NCBI GenBank assembly: GCA_002633005.1
Contig: NMRA01000240.1
Span: forward strand, 220,415 to 284,414
From: Phoronis australis
Lineage: Eukaryota; Animalia; Phoronida
Length of the DNA: 64,000 bases
Direction: 5' to 3'
In this document: positions 39,684 to 53,100 of the stretch, in pieces
Layout of the letters: every line of letters begins with the position of its first letter
Numbering within the stretch: position 1 is the stretch's first letter
The notes under the pieces: generated by a model
Seen by the model: only the letters and a program-made list of their open reading frames with translations
Databases searched by the model: none
What the model was told of the DNA's origin: nothing
Program-made: the position numbers and the translations under genes

Positions 39684-40955
39684 AGGCGAAGGCAACATTT
39701 TTTCATGTCATTTTTAGCAAAAATAGGGCTCGTTGATTATCCCAGACATGTTTTTCACTTATTTACAGCTTTTCGTAATTTAATTAATTACTCCTCGTCT
39801 ACTCCGGAGGTGACGTTTTGGGAGGCAAGAATCTCTTTTCATACAGTCTGACTTTGAGAGCAGTCGAGTCAGTCATTGTTCTACCTCGGTGGTGATAAGT
39901 TCGGTCGTCGTTTGCTTTGGTTTACGAGTCAGTCAACATGCCACGCTGTTGCTGCCTACCGAGATGTACTCATTGTCGTCTCACGTACAGAGGAAGAACT
40001 GTCCCACTTGCCCGAGTGTACCGCGACACACTCCCAGTGAATGGTGACTTGAGCACCCAAACTGCTTACAAAAACCCGTCGTGCGACTCCCTCGTCACAC
40101 ACGTGGCACCTTCTAAATAGCTCCAATACAAGTCCACAATAAACTTATCAAAATTAGGCTCATCGATCTGTTCGGTGTCAAACTGGGCCTGTATTCACTC
40201 CCACTACTCAACGTCGCTGTAGGGCTGCTTAAAGGCTCTGGGCTAGAGACAACAGCACACGGGGAATCACCGCTAGTTCCTGGAATTGCACGCTATGGGG
40301 TACGTTTGGAGGCAAGGATGACAGTAGATGAAGTGCCTCCAGTCAGTGTTTATAGTGGCCATAGCTCGCGAGGCTTCTCGCTTCAAAAACGAAGTTCTCG
40401 GGGGTGGCGACGAGGCATGCCGGAAATCAGCAGCGACGGTATGGAACCCTTCATGCGTTGTTTCGCCACGACCTTCATCAATTCATCGTACATATCTCTG
40501 TCGAAATCTGACGGCTGAAAATGCTTGCCACTGCTTGGTACGTTTCGTGAGCGGGTAGCGCTGAGTTCTTCACACGAACGAGCTAGCCAAGTACGACGAA
40601 GTGTGTCATCCTTTGGAAAGCGATGCAAGGTACCCAAAGCGCGTGTGAGACGATAATGAGTACATCCTGGTACGCAGCAAGAGCGTGGCATGTTGACTGA
40701 CTCGTAAACAAAAGCAAACGACGACCCAACTTATGTCATCCGAGGTAGAACCATGACTGAATAGACCGCTCTCACAGTCTGACTTTATGAAAAGAAATTG
40801 GAGCGAAATTCTTGCTCTCAAAACGTCACTTCCGGAGTAGAGGACGAGAAATTAATTAAATTACGAAAAGCTGTAATTAAGTGAAAAATATGTCTGGGAT
40901 AACCAACAGACCTTATTTTTGCTAAAAGTGACATGAAAAAAGTTTGCCTTCGCCT
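39684..40955 (-). mobile_element. Non-autonomous Kolobok derivative with about 300-bp TIRs
   Basis: TTAA|AGGCGAAGGCAA...TTGCCTTCGCCT|TTAA; contains a THAP ORF and a transposase fragment (KFIV..., GAQVTIHWECVAVHSGKWDSS). Confidence 0.9.
40383..40691 (-). pseudogene. THAP domain (Kolobok transposase N-terminus)
   Basis: MPRSCCVPGC...LHRFPKDDTLRRTWL...GKHFQPSDF...GSIPSL; the third Cys of the C2CH motif is not in frame or has been lost. Confidence 0.85.
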
Positions 40956-41397
40956 TTAAAAGTGAAGGATCTTTGAGGGTTTCCCTTGACCCCGTAAGCT
41001 TAACGACACTGTACGGAGGTGATATCCTGACAAGATGCTCATACCCGAGGAACAATCACAAAATTCATGGCGCACGTGTGTTTGCCAAGCTTGACGCGAG
41101 ATCTGGCTATTGGAGTGTTTGTTTGGAAGACAACCAGCTGTTAACGACGTTTTCAAAACATTTGGGACGCTGAAGGTTACTCTTTGGACTCTGCGTCTCA
41201 CAAGATTTATTTTAACAATGCATGGACAGTATCATTGAGCAGTGATACGTATTATTGGGTATTTCAGACGACCTCATTGTTTATGGGTCCACCGCGGAAA
41301 AACATGACTGAAACTCAATTAACCTCATGATAGTTGCAAAAGCAAACGAACTAGTATTCCACAGTACCAAATGTCATATCAAACAGCAGCAAGTCAA

Positions 41398-43216
41398 TTT
41401 ATTTTTATTTTTCTTCTTTATTTGTACGTACACGTGATCATCGGCCCAAAGTACAACAAACAAACAAACAAGATCATTGTAGTGCTATGTACACAAGTCA
41501 GCAATAAACAAGCTTTTCAGTTTTTTAAATGCGTAGTAAACGTATTTCACAACTGAGGATTCCATAACAGTCTATGAAATTTAAACACGGGGACTTGTGC
41601 AGAGGTTCTTACTTAGAAACTTAGCTCTGATTTCTGAAAAAGTAACAAAATTGATATTTATCCGTGACACAATTCCTCGAACATAATGTAGACACTCTGT
41701 CTTTATATGTCATATTTAAGTGGCGACAAGTTTCTACTGCCAATCTGTTGTTTGCACATCGAAAATGTGTAAAACTTTGCACAAACACTGCCGAGAGATT
41801 ATCAATTTGTAAATAGTTTTCACGTTCAAATACAACCTTGATTTTTTTAAATATTTTAACGTGAATTGGAATCGACATCGAACTGCCACGTTTGCAAAGC
41901 ACAGTCCGAGGTTGTGAAAAATATTTACAAATGAATCTTGTCACGCGTCTCCTTGGTTTACCCAAACACCATAGAAACCATTCATTGACAAACATGTTGT
42001 AAGCAGCCCATGGATAACGTTCCTCTGGCATATTCAAATTTTAAACCAGTATTGAATACAGCAAACAAGCATCTCGTACACCTAGGGTATCTCTCACATT
42101 CACCCAATACTGCAGCGTTAGAGCAAGAACCGCCGATTCCCAAGGTCCATTTACAAAATTTTTAGTGAATTGTTTCTAATCACTCGTATTCTTTAAAAGC
42201 TCAAATCTCGGCACCATAACACAATGTTGGGTACACCAGTTTATCAAATAACTGAAAGGCAAGTGATGGGGGCATATCGCGACATCTGAGCTGTAGTTTC
42301 AAAATACGAAATGCAGCTTTATTTGCTTGACAAGAGAGTTTTTGTCGCTTTCGAGCATGACAACTTCGGTGTGCTAAAAACACCAAGATACTTATAATGA
42401 GATACAACATCTACTTGGTGTTTGTTAAAAACCATTTCTCATAATGTCTTAAGGGACCTCCATTTCAAAATACAATTTACTTACTTTAAATTCGCAGCCA
42501 TACCCCATGAATAACAATAATCATTGAGACAATTCAACATACGTTGCAAGTTAGACGCTGTCAGAGAGCACAAAACCATGTCATCTGGATATAATAATGA
42601 ATTATTATGTGTAGCATGCTCATCTAAGTAGATGCTGTTTATGTCACTACGTGAATTGAGTTTTCTAAAAACTCAATGAGATAAAAAACAAATAACAGAG
42701 GGCTTATCATACAGCCTCGTAGAGTACCAATAGTGCAATTAAATAAGTCTGTTCAACCATCACGTGTTTTAACATATGATCTCAACTTGGTATACGTTGA
42801 TTGCACAATTGATAACATGTTACCATGAACATTAATTTGCATAAGTCCAGGGATATGTGGTACTCAATTAAAAGCTTCTGAAAATTCAATAAATACACAG
42901 TGGAACCTGCCACCCTTCTTGCTTTCGTGTTTCTGACATATCGCATACAAGAAATAGATAATGCACAGTCACGTAACCCTTGCGGAACCCTGCCTGGGCT
43001 TCAAAAAGTTGACCATTACTGTAGAGCCCAGTTGTACAATCGGTTATTCAGTATTCTGGTAAAGAGTTTCCCAACAGCCAACAGAAGCGAAATACTTCTA
43101 TTGTTATTCTCATCGTTACCTTGTTGAAACAACGTAATTAATATTGCATCCCATAAAGCCTGGGGATAGGAACCTGACTGGAAAATTTCATTGAACAACT
43201 TATGTAGAATCAGCAA
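41398..43216 (-). mobile_element. 5'-truncated LINE (RTE-X/CR1-group-like RT and C-terminal region)
   Basis: LFNEIFQSGSYP...RSISLLLAVGKLFTRILNNRL; QAGFR; LFDKLVYPTLCYGAEI; FRCANNRLAVETCR; A-rich 3' tail at 41398-41425. Clade assignment is tentative. Confidence 0.8.
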
Positions 43217-43400
43217 AAAAAAGTTTTGAAAACTAAAGTTTGTTCCAAAAAAAATTGTTTCAAAGTACTTAAGGTTTTTAAAAACTTAAGAATTTTGGAA
43301 CAAGTTTTTAGGAACAAACACAAGTTTTCAAAACTTACGTTTTTGAAAACTTTTCAGAACTTAAATTTTCAAGGAACTCGCTTTTGAAAAATGACGTTTT
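43216..43400. repeat. Array of palindromic AAAACTTAAGTTTT-like motifs
   Basis: Repeated aaaacttaag / gttttgaaaac motifs; a second array is at 45250-45510. Confidence 0.6.
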
Positions 43401-45249
43401 GCAAGAGCAATAAGTTCCAATAGAACAGGCAATCAGAAAATTTGATTTTCTAAGACAAGAGTGGGGTACAGTAACAAATGTAATGATTTTCATACATCAT
43501 TTAACAAAAAGCCACTTAATCTTCTTTAGCTGGATCTGCTCGCTTAGCTTCACAGGCAAATAATCCATGTTTTGTGACACAAACACGCATTGCTAAGATC
43601 AGATAACTGAATTCATAGATTTATGATCTACAGTTCATAAGTGCGTGCGTTGTACTGTCTGGGTAGCCATCCTTATCCAACATTTGTTAACGCCACGTCC
43701 TGCAATAAATACACCAAAATTTAATAACAGGCAGGTAAAAGCTATCAGTACAAGACAAGTTATCTTGCTGGATAATTGTGCTGTTTATACAACATTGATT
43801 TGTAAAACTCGCATGCACTTACTGACTCATATACAGAGCCTGGAAAATAGTCTTCAAACTCAAAACTTAATCAAACACTCTCCAGAATTGAAGTACAAGT
43901 GTACAAGTTTACTCCGAGAATGCACTGCAGTGGGACAGTTTTCCAGTTGTTTTGAATGGAGTTTTAATCCTGGATTCACTACTAAGACATTCAAAACAAA
44001 TTTATTTTACATAACACGAGTAGAGTGCAGGATTTTGAGTTAGGGGGGCCAGGGCAGAGTATTAGCCAGGATTTTGCCTGTCAGGCATTCGTACCCCTCA
44101 ACTGCCAAATGGAATTCGGGAAAATTTTAGAGGGGCGGGGGCCCCCTGAATCGGCGACTAAAGATCCTGGCATGGTTTTCACGAGGGGCCTTTACGTAAC
44201 CATAATAGTTTACAGTAAAAATAAAATTATCTCCTGAAAAGTAAAAATTAAAACTACTCTTGTACTCCTACCAATCACTTTACTGGCTGACAATCGCAAA
44301 GATATTAGATTGAGGTTCCAAGCAAGTTCCTTGGGGGAAAAGGAACATGCCCCTCCTGACATGGCAAGATCTTTCCAGTTAGTCCATATTCAACTCAACT
44401 TTCAAATAAGTCAAGTTGCAGCCGAATTAAGTATCACTTTCATCATGACACTGAAAGATTTGATTTTAATAAAACCAGTCGAACCTGCATTGAATCTAAA
44501 AATTTTAAGTCTGAATATCGCAAACTTCTGCGACATTCTAGTATTCCACAGCCCGGTAAAAATTCGAAATGATGTAGTACTCAACACCTCAGTCACATCA
44601 GGCAGTTTTTCCTTATTTGCGTTCAATAATTAAGTTCAATTAGATGGGAGTTATGCAAGTTTGACATTGCTATTCGTGATTACTGCATACATGTATCACA
44701 ATGCAAAGAAATTATAATTTCAGAGCGATTCCCTCTCAATTTCTTCGAGGTGGGTTTTTGTAGTTCACACACGCTGGCGGTGCCGTTTTTGTTTTGCTGG
44801 GGACGATTTTTTAATATTCATTTTTTGGTCGTGTCCCAAGGTGAGGAGCGTAAACCTCTGAACCCCTCTCGTAGATCTGCCACTGACTTTTCTCTTTTCT
44901 CTTATTCTTGTATATAATGATAGCAGATGAATATCCCGATTTATTGTTGTGTGTTCATTGTCTAAAGCCCGGAAATAACGCTAACTGTGGATTTCGGGCT
45001 GAATTTTATAGTATTATAGTTTTGTGTATGTCGTAATAAATTTCTAACTGTTACTCTTTCCATTTTCCGTGGGACATCAGAGATGGCACAAGTCTGTATA
45101 AGAAAGTCACGTGTCGGTGGACATGACGCATTAGCACTGGCTACGTTCATAAGTTATGCCCATGTCCTTGCAGATAAGAAGCTTTCAATTTAAGCCATTT
45201 CGGAAAACTTTTATTTTTTTCAAGTGCAAAATGTAAGGTTGCACAAATA

Positions 45250-45510
45250 AACTTTTAAGTTAAAAGTTTCTAGTAATAAATATCAAAACTTAAGTTTTTC
45301 TGATAACTAAGTTTATCACAAAAATTTAATTTTTTCCAATTTTAAAAACTTAGGTTTTTCTGACTTCTTAAGTTTTTCGCAAAACTTAAGTTTTTCCAAT
45401 TATAGAAACTTGAGTTTTCCTGACTTCTTAATTTTTTCAGAAAACTTAAGTTTTCTGAAAACCATAAGGTTTCTTTGTGATCAAAATTTACGTTTTTCAA
45501 GTTTTGAAAA
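45250..45510. repeat. Array of palindromic AAAACTTAAGTTTT motifs (about 18-24-nt period)
   Basis: aaaacttaagtttttc repeated about 10 times with decay. Confidence 0.7.
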
Positions 45511-47411
45511 TTTGAATATTCTGAGATATTTCATTTTTTGTTCGAAGTTTTCCTAATTTTTCCAACAAAACATTATCGTTTGCTTGTGCAAAACACATTA
45601 TTTTATAAAAATGTTGCCCAGAATGTTTCATTAACATTTATATGGATACAAACCATGAAACAAAGTACGTTTAACCAGTTCAAAGAATTAACTGCAACTC
45701 TAACTTACCGCTACGAGATTATGCGAGATGCGCGCGCAGATCTGCCGAATCATAAGCGTGTGGATCCTGATAATGTTTTGACGTGTTTTTTTTTTTCTTG
45801 TCTTTTCGTTTTTGGAGATATTGCCTTCTTTTGCTTTGTCTCTGAGAGTCAGAGCTAACTATAAAACAATTGTCGCTTTGCTGCGTATACAGAAATATTG
45901 AATAGACCTACTGATCTAAGATGTACCTGTTGTTTGCCGTGTTTTCCGGCTTTTCGTTGATGTCACCGAGTCGTTCGGACACGACGACTTTTTTATGCTG
46001 CCTCTCTTTGTCAGAGTTAACTATACGCACCTGGGCTTTTTTGGCACAATCGACATCCATTTTTCCCGGCGATTTACTTCGGGAAGTCGTTTTTTGCGGC
46101 GACCCTCGTTGGAGTGGCTGAGCTATGGGGTTCGACGTTTCGTTGCTTGACGTACGGGAACCGTGCCCATACAGGTCATTGTTCCTTGTGTCGTGGAAAT
46201 GACCTTCGAATTCTCACTGTATGTTGGGAATTTTCCAGAGTCACTTGTTACACAATACCTCTCCTTTTAGCGTGCATTTTTTGTCCCTCGGTGACTGACT
46301 TTTTAGTTCGTGCGTAGTCCGATGATTTCCACCAATAGTATTTGTGGGCGATTTTTAGCGATGGTTTGCGATTTGGCTCTACCAATCGCATTACACTGTC
46401 CTCTTCTTTTTTACTGATTCCCCTTCTACCAAGTGAGCTCGTGTGTACTGTATTTATTTCCAAATGATGCCGGGTTCCAAGAGAATCGAGTCTGATAAAC
46501 GTGACAAAGCGAAATGCACGGACACCCCAGCCGGACCGTTCTCACTAGTCATGACTCTCCCGCGCAGCCACAAGATCTTCGTGCAGAAATCAAGGAGATT
46601 ATTAGGGCTCCGACAGATTGAAGCAGTATGAGGTTAGTTTCTACATTGAATTTACTTGAACCATTAATGAGAATAGCGGCTTTGTCTAACAAATTACGGG
46701 TTTCCGAAGTGTATAGAACATCTCAGAGTTAATTTCGGGTCCCTGTCGTCGCTGAAAATTAATTGGACAGTCCAACAGAAAGTGAATTTTTGTTTGAACG
46801 TGGCCACAATTTCACAACGGAGAGACGCCTCTGAAGTTGTGTCGAAATTTATCTGAGTTGAGTAAAAGTCAAGAACGCAATCTATTGAGAGATATCTCGT
46901 TAGATCTAGAAATAGTTTTAAACTTAGTAAGAGAAAAAGATAGATTGGCACGACAGAATTGGTTTTTAAAAGCTTGTTTTGATCACTGAACGGGTGTCTC
47001 TTAAATTTGAAGACAGTGTATTCCAATTGTCTATACACACTGGAATTGTTAATCTGCGAGTTGCCTTAAAGTCATATGATCCGTTTGTAGACGTTTTAAA
47101 AATATCGTGAATCTGCATAAAAACCATTGAAACATACTCTCTGACACTTAATAATTAGAACTTTTCGTAAGTATGGGGTCGATCTGCTGCCTGTACATAT
47201 TTTTTAAAATTATTATTTATTTCAAATCTGCGTGATCAAAACAAACGAATGTTGCCCATAATGCTGTGCGGTTTGACCTTTCGGCAACTCGAGACAAAGT
47301 CAGCTGTTTCCGGTACTGCTTCGAAGAAGAGAAGTTCGCCTTAACCAGGTAATTTACTCGTTTCTTAAACATTTTGATGACGATATTGCTCCCTGTATGA
47401 GCTGAACAGTC

Positions 47412-50158
47412 TAACTATTACTCTTAGAATTAGATGAAACCATTACCTGTGTGAAAATTACGTACTGAATTCGATAGTAATCAAGTCGAGTCTGCAGTGG
47501 TACCCTAGTCAGCCAGCTAGCGGTATCAAAATACAGCTAGGTACCACTGTTACAGACTTCTAGCATCAGTACGGGCAAGTTAACACAGGAAATACACTTA
47601 ATTAGTCTGGAAAAAGGTAGAACACTGAAGTTTCAATTTCAGGTACACTCATACTTTTGTGAAAATGTGTATCCTATGGAATGTATTGATCAATGTTATT
47701 TACAGTATGTACTGCTCAGATTGACATTTTATGTGATTACCATGTTTTTAAAGGTTCACCGTAATGTGCATCACCAGTTCACCAACAATAACAATACTCA
47801 AGCAACAGAGACAACATGATTAGAGTTCTGAGCCATGTGCAGAAGAATAGGCTTAGGTGGCAATTGATGTTCGGTCTCTTCACATGCAGGTATGCTTGGA
47901 ACTCTCGTTTCTTAACGCAATACAACCGATTCTACATATTTTTTGTGTTATCAAGTCATTCTTATTGTTTTCTTTCATCAGTAATCACACAAGATTATAG
48001 GTAACAAAACTGAAAACCTGTAACAAAATACATTTGCTATGTATCACTTAAATATGCCACATAAAATGCTGAAAATTATACTGTCTTAAAACTTCATTAA
48101 TTAAAAATTCATTAATAATGGACCACTGGCTTTTTGAAGAACAACAACCAGTTTGTAGCTATGAAAATATCATTCCCCTTATGTTGAGGTCATGTTTAAA
48201 CTACAACTCAAAATTAATATGGTTTGATTTTTGTTCAGCCTCACATAAGTATATCTGAGGATGAGGGCATTGTATTCAACTTGCTGTGTCCATACTCACT
48301 GGGGTGGTGGGTATCACCAGCTGTAATTGGCATCAGGGTGTACCTTTGGCAGATGCTGAGGAGTGTCCACTACACTGAAAAGATCTATAAGAAGCAACCT
48401 GTCACCTGCATTTTGCTTATGCCTGTGAGTATTTCTTATCAAGACAGTTTTGGAAATCCAGTTAAGCACCCTCATTATGCACACATGTGACTCTGTGAAA
48501 GAAAACACTGCTGACATGAAACTTGTAATAACCTTTTACCATTTTCCTTCCAAGGCTCTGGCTACAGAGATTTGGTCTTGCACTCAACATCAATGTTTCA
48601 GACAAATACCCAAAACTCAATTTAACAAATAAATAAATTATCTGAATATGCTCATAATTGTTACCTATTGAGAAAATGTGAACAAATTATTTCCAGGCTA
48701 TTAGTTAGTGATACCTGGACTAAACCTTTACTTGGCAATTGTGAGGTGAAAACATTATTACGGCCCTGACAGTATGCCTGTGACATGAATATTCATAAAG
48801 ACTATCTATGGATTATTGGCAGGTTCATGATAAGGTCCAGTTTTAGTCAAACTAAACAAAACACTATAAAACACATTCCTAATTTGAGTTTTGTTTATTG
48901 TTTGTCTGAAATTTACCTATAAATACCAAAATAGCCATAACAATGGATTGCCAACAGTACATTCTAGAAGGTATGTATAAAAAAATCTTTTTCAATAAGG
49001 CATGGAAAAATGTCGCAAACAGCTTGTCCCATCAGCACGCCATGTTTTTGGTCACATCACGTGACCTGATGAATAACAATCCAAAAAGATTTCTGACCGT
49101 CCCTGACTTCTGATAGGAATTTGATCTTGGTCTCCCACTGCAAAATTTCTCAAAAACAATAAGTCAAATTGTAACGAGTGCATCACACGGCAGAAACAGT
49201 TTTTGGAAATCATCACGGCAACCAACAGCAGTGTGCGTTTTTAAAGAATTTTTCGAACTTTGCACAAGTGAAACTTAATTATTTTTTTTCAGAATTAGCG
49301 GTTTAAGATCAAATTTATGACTTAACGTTTAAGTCAAATCAACCTATCCGCAAACACAATCTAATGATATTTTAATTACCTGGTCAATATCTATTATATA
49401 GAATTGGGACAACCAATCACAACAATAATCGTCTTCCATTGTGTATAATGTGATAAGTCACGTGCTATTGTTCTTCCTTTTCCCATTGTTAATCGTATAG
49501 TAAAGAATGACGAGGCGCTGCGATTGTGGTGGTTTTAGCAGCGCAGTATTTGACCACGTTGCGACTCTTCGTTCTTGAATCCAATCAAACTGGTATCAAG
49601 ACAACTAGGCTCAATGCACCTAGAAGTTTTTGCTTAATGCATTTATCTTACTCCACTTTGACTACGGAGATATTATCTTCCAATCCGCTAGTGCTGGTGT
49701 TCTACTACAGTTACATCGTAATTTCTGTATCAAGCTGCACTTTCAATCACAGCATCATTTAAAGGTTCAGAAAAAATAAAGTTCTTAATAGCCTGAATTG
49801 ATCTACACTTTCCGAACGAAGGAAACTACACACAAGCACGCGCACATTTAAAGTTCTCAATAACATAAGCAATGCGTCAAATGAGCTTATATTTAATAAA
49901 TATGAAAGAGAATACCGAAGGCCTGGCCTTAAAGGCCTATGGTCCGAGTTATAGAAGAAAAAACCTCTTAACGCCGTTAAAGCCGGTTTTTTGATGTGAC
50001 ATGGAGTTCAAAAAGTTATTAACTTTCAACTTGTGCAAAAAGTTTGAAAAAATCGTTGTAAATACTACAAACGAATGAAATGTTTACAAAGAATTTAGTA
50101 TCCGTGATGCTAAATAGATTATTAACATTACAACAACGCATGCGCAGCCACAGATTTA
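47412..50158 (+). repeat. 2.75-kb block L, bounded by TA...TA, duplicated in inverted and permuted form at 55267-58178
   Basis: 47412-49281 is the reverse complement of 55267-57133, and 49108-50158 is the reverse complement of 57132-58178; high identity (paired ORFs 48224+/56046- differ by a few residues). Confidence 0.95.
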
Positions 50159-53100
50159 GAGGTCAACAGAATTGAATACAAATGGCGGGGAGAAGTAGGT
50201 CTATGAAGTGTACGTCCGAAGGCGAAACGCAGTCATACAGCTCTACGAGATTCAGAAAAAGACGTGTTAGCCAGTACAAAAAGCGGCATTACCAACAAAC
50301 CGTGTACCTGTAAGCGACTCGTTCGATAGGTGAGAAACAATGAGGACAAGACTGAATGTTCGAACTCGTGAAGGTTTTACATTACAACAAATGAACACTA
50401 CCAGGTTTTCGATGGACAAGTATAAGTCAGTAAGTGTACTGTTTGTGAAATGTTCAATGACTCGTATACACGGTTAGAGCATTCACTGATGGGTGACTGA
50501 TCTCAGTCAGCATACATCGGACCCGAATCATTTTGAAGAGCCTCATTTCGATCAGCTGTTCATATTTTGTTCTAATACTACTAGTAGTACTAGTAGTACT
50601 AGTAGTGCTGATTCACGCTGACCCGGACTAGTTTCACCATGTTAGTGTTTTAACATTCAGTTAAAACTGGTAAGGCCCTTTCATTCTAACGTCGACATGG
50701 CGATGTTTTGGGGAGTTGCAGTCAGTATGGAGGGTTAACTTCGGTCCTGAATCGAAGTTAACTGTGGCAGTTAACTTCACAGTAGACAAGCGGAGCGTCG
50801 ATGCTGTGGTGTACGGTAGTATGAGTGATCAACTTCGGCTACATCGAAGAAGTTATTGTCAGAGGCCACTGCTATCTTCGACAATTACAGGGTAATGTCG
50901 TCGCTAAAAGCTGCTCATATTTTGCTCGAGTAGTCACTAATCGAATTAGAAATAGGTTTTTGTGTCCATTAGCACATGTCAATGTTCCCAAATTAAAAAA
51001 TCCTGGTGTCATCAGCTACAGTTTACTTAGACATCCAAAGCCGGTAAAAACGGTTCGATTAACTTTCTAGTTCATGTCGACACTCTGCTCACACCGAAAT
51101 TAAGTACAAAAGGGCTTTTAGATCGATTTCAACTAGCAGAACAATGTGGCAGGTGGTGTAAAGAATTGTAGCGGGAGAGGGGGGATGTTTGTAGGATGTG
51201 TTAGGGACTTCACCTGGCCACGCCAATAGCTTTATTAGAAAGCTCATATCAGTTTTGGTCGTACTGAGTACAGTGGGGGGATAAGTCTTGGTCAAGATGG
51301 CTATACTTGAGAATGTCTTATTAGTTTTGCTTTATTTTTTCCAGTTAGGAGAATACTGACCACCTACAGGGGCCCGTGTAACCGTAAGTTGATCTTTCTT
51401 ATTCCATTAAGTTTTAAAAGAAAGAATAGGTGTGCTAAACTTATTCAGTTATTGATGGCCACTTTTTGCTGTATTTGCATCTTAGTCTGTGCAGGTTAGG
51501 GGAAAATGATTAATTGCAGTCTGCATGGTCCAGGCACATTACTTGAACTCACAACCTCAAAAAATTAGCCAGTCAAATCACGTGATTGGAGTGCAAATCT
51601 TATGTTTGCTCATGCCATGGAATTGGAGTTGTGTATGGAATATAGAGTTTAGGCTATGGGCTTTCACGTAAGCCGGAAGTTTCATCAATTATAAGTCTCT
51701 TAAGTCGCTGTCAGTTTAGAATAATGCTGTCTCAGCTACAAATTTTGCCTTCTGGTAAATAAATCAAGGAGTTGTTTTAAGCATAAAGGTGTGTCAAATT
51801 GACTGAAAGTACATTCTTAAATCTTGTTATTGCTCCTTGTAAAGTGAGTCAAATTGTATTTAAACCCTCCTTCATCATCTGTACTTTCAGAATGAGTGGT
51901 TTTGACAACGCCCTCTACAAATTTCTTTGCAAGAGTCCCAGACTGGTCATCACCTGAAGAAACCTTGAGGTATTGTTTCATTCATTTCCTTAATATCTCA
52001 TGGAGTGACATTTCACATTTAATTCAACTCACAATTCACAATCCTAACCAAAGATATCACTGTTTTGTTTACAGTATTTAAACATGCCTTGTTTAAAGCC
52101 TGTTCAATTTCTATTCAGGGATTCACCCAGGATTTCGAAAATAGGGTGTCCAAAATGGGATTCCTAATATTTCAGAGTGTCCGTGATTCCGACAATGCAT
52201 TACCCCTACCACCGTGCAGTGCGCCAGCAACCCCCCACACTGATTTTTTTACAAAAATACATAGATCAAAGCGTTTACATCTGCGTTTTCAAACTAACCC
52301 CCTGTAGCGAGCTATTTTTACTAAAAAAAACTGCTTGGACCTAGACTTTTTTACCTAAGCTTATGGATACAGCCAAGCAGCTTACCAGACAAATATTACA
52401 GATATTTTTGAAGGATGAGTGCACTTCGCAGATGATGGTGTCACTGCTGTTCCATATTAAAACATGGAAATGCACATTGAAATGCACGAAGCAGTGTTTC
52501 ATTTGAGTTATTTATATTAGGTTTGTGTAAACCGTACTTTAATGTGAAGTTTTTATTCTAATGTATCAGTTTGGAGGATGTCCAGTTGAGCAAAGAACAT
52601 TTGTTATGTAACTAATTTGCATGTGAAAATTTTAAACTCGCTTACAACTGTAGTATAAATGCAAGCTAACTCCAGCTGCTGGTTGAAATTCTGTGCATCA
52701 TGTTTGGTGTGGGGAGCAATTATGATTTCTAAAAACCTTAGTGGGAAAATTTGCCCTTTTACGATTCTATCTGTCGATTCAATGTCGCTGTTTCAGATTC
52801 ATAGATACATGTCTGAGTTTTCAGTTTAGAGGACTCAGAATAAATTTTAAACTGAATGTCTTCTCACAAATGCCACTATTGTCATCTTACAGGGATTCAG
52901 AGCTGTTGTTCACCTTTGTCCTTATCTTCTTTGTCACCTGCATCCTTACAATCTGGATCAAAGGTTTGTGTCTGCTCTTGTAAAGACTCTATGCTGTATT
53001 GGAATTTAAAGTAGATATAGGCATGCCTTATGTCACGAAAACCAACTGTTTATTTAGACCATGTACCATTAGTATGATATTGATCTCGAATTGTTCCTTG

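Larger units (their letters stand above)
38600..41400 (+). mobile_element. Second, highly decayed Gypsy gag-PR-RT remnant, interrupted by a Kolobok and truncated by a LINE
   Basis: KIDTG protease (39067); ...RDKLRFELDRMVEKGII...DWCSCITTSV|KSEGSLRV..LDP; VFAKLDARSGYW; ISDDLIVYG; STKCHIKQQQVNF. Confidence 0.85.
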
